Source: an uncultured Bacteroidota bacterium
GTDB lineage: Bacteria; Bacteroidota; Bacteroidia; 2-12-FULL-35-15
Direction of reading: 5' to 3'
DNA: 64,000 bases
Assembly (NCBI GenBank): GCA_903926385.1
Contig: CAIYIS010000045.1
Span: 173,569-237,568, forward strand
Shown: one piece after another, positions 56,831-64,000 of the stretch
Numbering within the stretch: the stretch's first letter is position 1
Layout: every line of letters begins with the position of its first letter
The notes under the pieces: generated by a model
The model's input: only the letters and a program-made list of their open reading frames with translations
Told to the model about the DNA's origin: nothing
The model's database searches: none
Program-made: the position numbers and the translations under genes

Positions 56831-59104
56831 ATGAAAAATAAAATAACGGTCATTCTGTTTACACTTTTCAGTGTATTCGGCTACGCTCAAAAGAAAATAG
56901 GCGATTTCGCCCAAAATATGAAACAAGCGAACCTTCTTGTTTTGGAGAAGTTTTACACCCCTGCTATACCTTATTTGTTAAAAGCATATCATCAGGATTC
57001 GCTTAACCATAATGTCAATTATTTACTTGGATTGTGTTATCTTCAAACTGATGCCCAAAAGAGCAAAGCACTGTCTTATTTGGAATATGCGTCAGAAAAT
57101 ATCGGTCATAATTATATTGCTGAAGACCCTAAAGAACGTAAGGCTCCTGAAAATACATATAAATTATTGGGGATTGCCTATCGTTTAAAAAATCAACTTA
57201 ATGAGTCTAATTCGTTTTTTGCGAAATACAAGGAATTGGTGGGTACCAAAAACAAAGAAATCGCTGATGATTTAGAGAAAGAAATTCAGACCAACATTAA
57301 TGCGGTAGACTATCAAGTGGATCATGAAGATTTGAAGGTCGTTAATATAGGAGATAGCATTAATACAAAGTTTCCTGAGTATAATCCTGTGGTCACTTCT
57401 GATGAATCTGCTCTTTATTTCACAGGTCGTAGAGCTGATGGTACCGGAACCGAAAAGAATGAGGAGGGGCAATATTATGCTGATGTTTTTATGTGTCAAA
57501 AAAAGAAAGATGGATCTTGGAGTAAACCTAAATGGATGGGAGCAAATTTAAATTCGGTGGATAATGAGAATATTCTTGCTGTTTCGGCTGATGGACAACA
57601 AATGCTAGTGGGGAGAGATGTGAACGAAGGAGATATTTACATAAGTAAATTCGGAGGGTACAACTGGGGTGGATTAGCTCCATTGGGATCTACAGTAAAC
57701 ACCAAGTATGAAGAATCGTTTGCAAGATTTAGCAATGATGGGAATACTTTGTATTTTGTAAGTAATAGGAAAGAAGGAGGTATTGGAGGTAAAGACATAT
57801 GGACATGTGTAAAACAGCCTAACGGTAGCTGGAGTTCAGCAACAAATCTGGGATCCACCATCAACACTCCCTACGATGAAGAATCACCATATGTTACTCC
57901 TGATGGAAACACGCTTTACTTTAGCTCTAAAGGGCATTCTACGATGGGAGGCTATGATGTATTTAAATCTGTTAAAAATTCGCTTGGTAACTGGTCTGAA
58001 CCTATTAATTTGAAACCACCAGTTAATACTACTGATGATGATTTATATTATTCGATGTCTTCAGATGGAAAACATATTTATTTTTCCTCCTGCAGAGCAG
58101 GAGGAAAGGGTGACAGAGATTTGTATATGATTAATCTTGATAAACCCGATGAAAAAGTAACATTACTTGAAGGTGTTGTTACCTTTGATGGTTCATCAAC
58201 TATTCCCGATAATGTTCATATTACAGCCATTGATAGTAAAACAAGTGCAGTTGACCAAGATGTGACCCCAAATAAAACTACTGGAAAGTACGTTATGATG
58301 GTTCACCCGGGAAAAGATGGAAGGAAATTTACATTGAAATACGAAGCAACGGGTTTCCAAACCTACTCGCAGGAGATTTCTCTACCTTCGAATACTACTT
58401 ATAACGAAATTGAGAAAGAACTTCAATTGAAAAAAATAAATTTAGAAAGCCGAACACCGGGTACAATTAATATTTCGGGTACTATTAAAAGTAGCAATGG
58501 TAAACCAATCCCCGCTTCACAAATAGTTGTGAAAAATAATATCAGTGGATTATTAATCAGTATCAATTATTGTTCTCCTGATTCAGGTTCATATTATTTT
58601 ATTTTAAAAAGCGGAGAGAATTACAATCTAACATATGAAGCTGATGGATATTTGTTTCAATCAGAAAACATCAATGTTGCAAAACAGGACAAATACTCTG
58701 TTATAACTAAAAATATTGTATTAGAAAAGCTTGAATCTGGGGCGAAAATTGTTTTGAATAACATTTTCTTTGATTCGAATAAATCAACATTGCGACCTGA
58801 ATCGAACAGTGAAATTGAAAAAGTGTTTACGCTACTACAAAAAAATCCAAAGGTAACTATTGAGGTAGATGGCCATACTGATAATCAAGGTAACGCAGCT
58901 TCTAATTTAGCACTTTCTCAGGCACGTTCTCAGTCTGTAGTGAATGCTATCATCAAAAAAGGAATAGACGCTAAGCAGTTAAAAGCAAAAGGTTTTGGAG
59001 CAACTCTGCCATTAGCACCAAATACGCTCCCTGATGGGAAACCGAATTCTGATGGTATGCAATTAAACAGGAGAGTTGAACTTAAAATTATTCAAGCACA
59101 ATAA
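56831..59104 (+). CDS. TPR + PD40 + OmpA-family protein
   Basis: Same architecture as its two neighbours, but with a canonical OmpA C-terminal domain (IEVDGHTDNQGNAASNLALSQARSQSV...NRRVEL). Confidence 0.8.
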   Translation: MKNKITVILFTLFSVFGYAQKKIGDFAQNMKQANLLVLEKFYTPAIPYLLKAYHQDSLNHNVNYLLGLCYLQTDAQKSKALSYLEYASENIGHNYIAEDPKERKAPENTYKLLGIAYRLKNQLNESNSFFAKYKELVGTKNKEIADDLEKEIQTNINAVDYQVDHEDLKVVNIGDSINTKFPEYNPVVTSDESALYFTGRRADGTGTEKNEEGQYYADVFMCQKKKDGSWSKPKWMGANLNSVDNENILAVSADGQQMLVGRDVNEGDIYISKFGGYNWGGLAPLGSTVNTKYEESFARFSNDGNTLYFVSNRKEGGIGGKDIWTCVKQPNGSWSSATNLGSTINTPYDEESPYVTPDGNTLYFSSKGHSTMGGYDVFKSVKNSLGNWSEPINLKPPVNTTDDDLYYSMSSDGKHIYFSSCRAGGKGDRDLYMINLDKPDEKVTLLEGVVTFDGSSTIPDNVHITAIDSKTSAVDQDVTPNKTTGKYVMMVHPGKDGRKFTLKYEATGFQTYSQEISLPSNTTYNEIEKELQLKKINLESRTPGTINISGTIKSSNGKPIPASQIVVKNNISGLLISINYCSPDSGSYYFILKSGENYNLTYEADGYLFQSENINVAKQDKYSVITKNIVLEKLESGAKIVLNNIFFDSNKSTLRPESNSEIEKVFTLLQKNPKVTIEVDGHTDNQGNAASNLALSQARSQSVVNAIIKKGIDAKQLKAKGFGATLPLAPNTLPDGKPNSDGMQLNRRVELKIIQAQ

Positions 59105-59230
59105 AATAATTTGACTAGTGTCGGATTTTACAAATATTTTATTATTTTTACCGACATTATTATATTATATTTTCTTTTTAATTAACATGAGTGCGGTGAA
59201 TAAACTGCCAATAACAAAAACTAAATAATT

Positions 59231-61666
59231 ATGCGAAAATTATTACTTATTTCCTTTTCCATTATTTTTTCTACATTTTGTGCCTACTCTCAAAATTCAA
59301 TTTTAAATGGACAATTTCTTCCCGAAAAGAAAAGTATATATAATGAAAAATTCACAGAAGGAAACTATCTGATATTGGAGGAGAATTACCCTCAGGCTTT
59401 GAAGGTGTTTTTGGAAGCTTATCAAATTGATTCAACAAATTCCAACATAAATTACAAAATCGGTTTTTGTTATCTGAAAACGGAAAGTTCGAAGGCCTTA
59501 TCGTTAAAGTATCTTGAAAAAGGAGTTAAAAATACCACAAAGAATTATAATGATGTTGAATTGGATGAAAAAATTGCCCCCATAAATGCCTATTATTTTT
59601 ATGGAAGAGCACTTCATCTTAATTACAAGTTTGATGAAGCAATAGCTAATTATGAAAAGTTTAAATCTTATTTAGTTCCCGGAAAACACGATGATTTGAT
59701 TAAAGATGTGAATCGTCAAATTGAGATAAGTAATTTTGCAAAAACTGCAGTTGCAGCACCCGTAAACTTCGTTATTAAAAACATGGGAGATAGCATCAAC
59801 TCGCCTTATCCTGATTACAGTTCCGTTATCTCAGCGGACGAAAGTACCATCATGTTTACTTCACGAAGAATTGGAAGTACTGGCGGAGATATTACCGATG
59901 ACGGTCAGTTTTATGAAGATATTTATGTTGCGTATAAAAAGAAAGACGGAAGCTGGACCACTCCAAAATCAATAAGCCCGAACATCAATACCAATGAGCA
60001 TGAGGCTTCGGTTGGTTTGATTGCAGATGGACAAACTTTGATTATATATAAAGATGCTAATGGCGGGGATATTTATACCAGTCATTTGGATGGAGAAAAC
60101 TGGACGTTCCCGGAGCCAATGGGATCTGATATCAATACCTCGTTTTGGGAAACCAGCGCTTGTTTAACTCCTGATGGAAACACACTCTATTTTGTAAGTA
60201 ACCGCCCAGGAGGATTAGGTGGAAGAGATATCTGGACTTGTACCAAATTGCCAAATGGAAAATGGAGTAAAGCTGTTAATTTAGGCGCTCCTGTGAATAC
60301 TGAATACGATGAAGAATCTCCTTTTATTCACCCAAGTGATAATATTTTATTTTTTAGTTCTACCGGTCATAGTAACATGGGAGGGTTTGATATTTACTTT
60401 TCCGAAAAAACTGAAAAAGGATGGAGTGAACCACAAAATATGGGCTACCCAATCAACACAACAGACGATGATTTGTACTATGTAACTTCTCCTGATGGAA
60501 AAAGAGGGTACTATTCTTCTGCATTACAAGCCGGAGGATTTGGTGAAAAAGATATTTATACCGTTTCTACACCAGAGCGTAAAGAGCAAGCATTGGTGCT
60601 TATCAAAGGTTTGATTATTCCTGCTCCTGGCGATCCTATGCCTTCCGACATCGAAATTATTGCTACCAACAACGAAAGTGGTTTAATAGGAAGATACCTT
60701 CCGTTAATGCGTGATGGTAGTTTTGTGATTATTATTCCTCCTAACAGCAAATACAGTATTTCTTATCAGCAAAATGGAGAGGAGTTCAAAAGCGAAGAGA
60801 TTGGACCTTTCGAGCCAGTATATCAGGAAATACATAAAGAAATTCACTTAGCTCCACAGAAGAAAGGCGAGCCAATAGCCGCTGTGGGTGAAGAAGGACA
60901 TAAAGCTGCTAAAACAGATGTTGTGAAAGCTGATAATAGTGTTACTAGTGTTAAAGCGGACCTTCCTAAAGGCGTTTTAATTTCTGCAGAAGGTGAGATT
61001 TTGGATAAAGACTGCAAACCTATTAAGAATGCTAAAGTGAATTTGGTAAATTCGAAAGGAGAAGTTGTTAAGAGTACAACCACAAATGGAGCCGGTGGTT
61101 TTATTTTTACCAAGCTTGATCCAAATGATGACTATACTTTAGCTGCCGAAAATCCATCACTTGTATTCTGTAAAAAATCTAAAATCAGATTTAAGGATAA
61201 TAAAAATAATGTATTTGCAACAAAGAATCTAGGCAATGTGAAAGATGTGGCTGTGAAAGAAGTTCCAAATCACGAGCAATTGGCTACAGTGAATGCACTT
61301 AAATTCGAGATGCATTACAAATATAATATTACTGAAGTTGATGTTAATGACAGTCCGTTCAAACAATACATTGATAATTTGGTTGACTTGTTAAAAACAA
61401 ACGGTAAAATCAGAATTGATTTAACCACCAGCGCATCTAAAGTTCCTACACGCAAGTTTGCTTCTAACCAGGCATTGGCGGCTGCAAGAGCAGAAAAAAT
61501 AAAAGAACAATTGATACAAGGGTTAAAGGATAAAGGTGTAGATCTTTCAAAAGTTACTTTTGTAAAAGTTGTTTCCGGAGTTAATGGTCCTGCTTACGGA
61601 GCAGATTACCTAACGGATAAACCAAAATACGAAGCCTTCCAGTATTCAAAAGTGAGTGCGTATTAA
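59231..61666 (+). CDS. TPR + PD40 protein with a degenerate OmpA-like C-terminus (third paralog)
   Basis: PD40 repeats (LYFVSNRPGGLGGRDIW). C-terminal TTSASKVPTRKFASNQALAAARAEKIKEQL is OmpA-like without GHTD. Confidence 0.7.
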   Translation: MRKLLLISFSIIFSTFCAYSQNSILNGQFLPEKKSIYNEKFTEGNYLILEENYPQALKVFLEAYQIDSTNSNINYKIGFCYLKTESSKALSLKYLEKGVKNTTKNYNDVELDEKIAPINAYYFYGRALHLNYKFDEAIANYEKFKSYLVPGKHDDLIKDVNRQIEISNFAKTAVAAPVNFVIKNMGDSINSPYPDYSSVISADESTIMFTSRRIGSTGGDITDDGQFYEDIYVAYKKKDGSWTTPKSISPNINTNEHEASVGLIADGQTLIIYKDANGGDIYTSHLDGENWTFPEPMGSDINTSFWETSACLTPDGNTLYFVSNRPGGLGGRDIWTCTKLPNGKWSKAVNLGAPVNTEYDEESPFIHPSDNILFFSSTGHSNMGGFDIYFSEKTEKGWSEPQNMGYPINTTDDDLYYVTSPDGKRGYYSSALQAGGFGEKDIYTVSTPERKEQALVLIKGLIIPAPGDPMPSDIEIIATNNESGLIGRYLPLMRDGSFVIIIPPNSKYSISYQQNGEEFKSEEIGPFEPVYQEIHKEIHLAPQKKGEPIAAVGEEGHKAAKTDVVKADNSVTSVKADLPKGVLISAEGEILDKDCKPIKNAKVNLVNSKGEVVKSTTTNGAGGFIFTKLDPNDDYTLAAENPSLVFCKKSKIRFKDNKNNVFATKNLGNVKDVAVKEVPNHEQLATVNALKFEMHYKYNITEVDVNDSPFKQYIDNLVDLLKTNGKIRIDLTTSASKVPTRKFASNQALAAARAEKIKEQLIQGLKDKGVDLSKVTFVKVVSGVNGPAYGADYLTDKPKYEAFQYSKVSAY

Positions 61667-61687
61667 TAATAAATAGAAATAACAATT

Positions 61688-61722
61688 AAAAAAACTCCGG
61701 CTATCTGCCGGAGTTTTTTTTT
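61688..61722. terminator. Bidirectional rho-independent terminator
   Basis: aaaaaaa-ctccggc-tatct-gccggag-ttttttttt. Confidence 0.85.
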
Positions 61723-61921
61723 GAAAGATATTCAGAGAGGTGATTGGGTTATCCATCAATCCGGATAAATGATAAGACGGCTAATGTATGAGTAACCTAC
61801 AAAGGTTAAATGGAGATTAGCTGTTGTGTATTGAGAATCGATGATTACTGCAGCTAAGCAATAGATAGGTATGGCTTAAGAAAATGGGCTCTGCTGAATC
61901 TATAGCAGAATGAGAGAACAT

Positions 61922-63271
61922 TTATGGGAACAATACTCCATCGCATTCCACACACATGGTGTAAGGAATATTGGCTTTGTATTTATCGTTTATAGCCTTT
62001 ATAAATTCGTTGGCGATTAATGCATATCCTTTTTGGTTGGGGTGATAACCATCCAAACTAAAGAATCCTCCGGTTACGAACTCAGCATTAAAATCGGCTC
62101 CATTCCATTTGATGCCTGTCTTTACAGAATTAAAATAAGAATTCATATCGGCCAATGCCAAATTATATTGGGCTGCTGCCTGACGAATTACATTATTATA
62201 ACCAATTATAGCTTGGTCGATGGAGTATACTTCCGAACTATCGAGGGCATAACGATTGTTCATCAAACTTACGAGTAAACCGTATTTGTTACACTTCATA
62301 GAATCGAGAGGAACAGAAAGAGTGAGATATTCTCCATTGTGCAATTGACGACCTCCTCCGGGAGCATTGGCATCAACTATTACAAAACCATTGTTACCGG
62401 CTATAAAATGTATTTGCGGAAATAAACTATACACATCGTTTAACGAATCTGCCTGGATTTGTGTCATGGCTGCGGCATTCCAGGGAACCAGCGTGTAATA
62501 TGGAAATACTCTGAAATCGGGTATGGTAGCAATTACTCCTTTTGCACCATTGGCAGTTACTCCTTTTAATATAGAGTCGACATAGGTTTTAAAAACTGCT
62601 GACGAAGGAATAGGAGTGGTCATACCTCCGCTGCTTGCATAATTATATATATCTTCCATACCCAGCCATGCTGTTACAAACGTTGCATTCTGAGCCTTGG
62701 CATCAGCAAATATGGTAGAGGTGCCGGGCAAAGCTGCAATACGGTTGTAATACGGATTTTTATTTCCGGATGAATAACTGTTACCAAATGCAGGGTTAAA
62801 ATAATCGGCTGTGTTGGCAAACGGAACAGCCATGTTCTGAATACTGTTTCCGGCAATACCCGACAGATAAGGCGATGCCGAAGCCAGCGAAATAGTATGA
62901 TTATTTGGATTGAGCGCAGTTACTCCTTTGCAATCGGTTTTATATCCCAGTTTGAAAGGGGAGAGGAAAGGCGTTTCCCATGGTTTGGAATTTAATCCAA
63001 GTCCATTATTATCGGGCATCAGAGCCTGATTAAAACCTCCTCCACCTACTAGTTTAAATTGTTCGGCAAGTAATGCAGGGATAGAATATTTCTGTCCTTT
63101 TTGATACAAAGCTCCGTCCTGATATCCTGCCAAATAATCTCCTCCAATGGCAATACTTTTTGCAAGATTAGCCTCACCTGCCGATGGGTCGGGTACTTTT
63201 AAGTCGGGGGTGCAACTGTAAATAAGACAAGATAAATTAAGAACTAAAAACGGAAGGAGACTTTTTTTCAT
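61922..63271 (-). CDS. SGNH/GDSL-hydrolase-family lipoprotein (putative)
   Basis: Lipoprotein signal (LNLSCLIYSC). C-terminal catalytic DxxH motif DGYHPN, typical of SGNH hydrolases. Confidence 0.5.
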   Translation of the reverse strand: MKKSLLPFLVLNLSCLIYSCTPDLKVPDPSAGEANLAKSIAIGGDYLAGYQDGALYQKGQKYSIPALLAEQFKLVGGGGFNQALMPDNNGLGLNSKPWETPFLSPFKLGYKTDCKGVTALNPNNHTISLASASPYLSGIAGNSIQNMAVPFANTADYFNPAFGNSYSSGNKNPYYNRIAALPGTSTIFADAKAQNATFVTAWLGMEDIYNYASSGGMTTPIPSSAVFKTYVDSILKGVTANGAKGVIATIPDFRVFPYYTLVPWNAAAMTQIQADSLNDVYSLFPQIHFIAGNNGFVIVDANAPGGGRQLHNGEYLTLSVPLDSMKCNKYGLLVSLMNNRYALDSSEVYSIDQAIIGYNNVIRQAAAQYNLALADMNSYFNSVKTGIKWNGADFNAEFVTGGFFSLDGYHPNQKGYALIANEFIKAINDKYKANIPYTMCVECDGVLFP

Positions 63272-63283
63272 AGGGAATAAAAA

Positions 63284-63532
63284 CTAAACCATTGCACTTA
63301 AATTAACCGCTTCCACTCCTTTTATTTCGGGAGCATAACGTTTGATAGATTCTTCAATTCCTGCTTTCAGGGTCATCATGTTCATCGAACAAGATTTGCA
63401 CGCCCCGAGTAATTCGAGGCGTACTATTTTATCTTTTGTAATTTCAACCAAAGATACATTGCCTCCGTCTGCTTGCAAATAGGGGCGAATGACCTCTAAT
63501 GCATCTTCTACTTTTTTAACTAACGTATCCAT
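63284..63532 (-). CDS. NifU-like (Nfu C-terminal domain) Fe-S cluster carrier protein
   Basis: 82 aa with GACKSCSMNMMTLKAGIE (CxxC motif). Confidence 0.8.
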   Translation of the reverse strand: MDTLVKKVEDALEVIRPYLQADGGNVSLVEITKDKIVRLELLGACKSCSMNMMTLKAGIEESIKRYAPEIKGVEAVNLSAMV

Positions 63533-63548
63533 TATTGAGTGTTGCTTA

Positions 63549-64000
63549 TTAATTAGATTGAACTAAATCCTTTTCTTTTCTACGTGCATTAACTATAGAA
63601 ACTTGTTGAGCCACATTGCTGGCCATTTCCATAAATGCTTTTGCCTGTGGTGTGTTTTCCTGCAATACAGCCGGACGACCTGCATCACCCGATTCGCAGA
63701 TGCTTTGTACCAATGGGATTTCGCCAAGCAATGGAACGCCTAATTTCTCTGCAAGTTTTTTTGCACCGTCTTTTCCGAAAATATAATATTTGTTTTCGGG
63801 CAATTCGGCTGGTGTGAAGTAAGCCATGTTTTCTACTATACCCAATACCGGAACATTTATTTTTTCTAATTGAAACATACCTACACCTTTTTGTGCATCG
63901 GCAAGTGCCACATTTTGCGGGGTACTTACTATTACCACTCCGTTGATAGGAATAGCTTCTACCAGCGAAAGGTGAATATCGCCTGTGCCGGGAGGTAAGT
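63549..64000 (-). CDS. Mrp/NBP35-family Fe-S cluster carrier ATPase (ApbC-like), C-terminal part; the 5' end lies outside the window
   Basis: The frame continues past 64000. The track 'M' at 63938 is a GTG inside the ORF. Motifs VIVSTPQNVAL and MAYF are typical of Mrp/ApbC. Confidence 0.8.
   Translation of the reverse strand, partial: LPPGTGDIHLSLVEAIPINGVVIVSTPQNVALADAQKGVGMFQLEKINVPVLGIVENMAYFTPAELPENKYYIFGKDGAKKLAEKLGVPLLGEIPLVQSICESGDAGRPAVLQENTPQAKAFMEMASNVAQQVSIVNARRKEKDLVQSN

Noticed and set aside
1-64000. tRNA/rRNA genes
   Set aside because: Intergenic regions were scanned for T-arm (GGTTCGAATCC-like) and anticodon-stem signatures. None was found, and no rRNA-like conserved blocks were seen.

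Overview
This is an AT-rich chromosomal segment that almost certainly comes from a Bacteroidota genome. The evidence is many T9SS C-terminal sorting domains (type A and type B), MORN_2 repeat proteins, a HisKA_2-type PAS kinase, and the lack of Shine-Dalgarno spacing. Housekeeping genes (rnr, gcvH, the cysC-cysD-cysN sulfate-activation operon, deoC, lepA, metF, tatA, secDF, trpS, ribE, glyA, an orphan E2 acyltransferase, nifU-like/mrp) are interleaved with a high density of secreted and surface-protein genes. The most unusual parts are listed here.
1. A REP/RAYT unit (palindromic REP elements flanking an IS200-like HuH tyrosine transposase) sits between deoC and a full-length aldehyde dehydrogenase, which is followed by a truncated ALDH-like paralog.
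2. A 1-kb gene-free convergent gap is filled with a nested repeat array of roughly 64-bp and 128-bp units.
3. A divergent locus holds three MORN-repeat proteins, an OmpA coiled-coil lipoprotein, two T9SS-sorted M1 metallopeptidases, and a multi-PAS kinase plus LytTR regulator.
4. A compositionally atypical C-rich island at about 42.0-44.2 kb contains one orphan 302-aa ORF, repeated hairpin elements and a perfect 9 x 21-bp tandem array.
5. Adjacent T9SS genes share a near-identical duplicated CTD-encoding segment.
6. Three tandem TPR-PD40 paralogs are present, of which only the middle one keeps a canonical OmpA domain.
No rRNA, tRNA or CRISPR arrays were recognised. All calls rest on reading the sequence and ORF translations only; no database searches were run.
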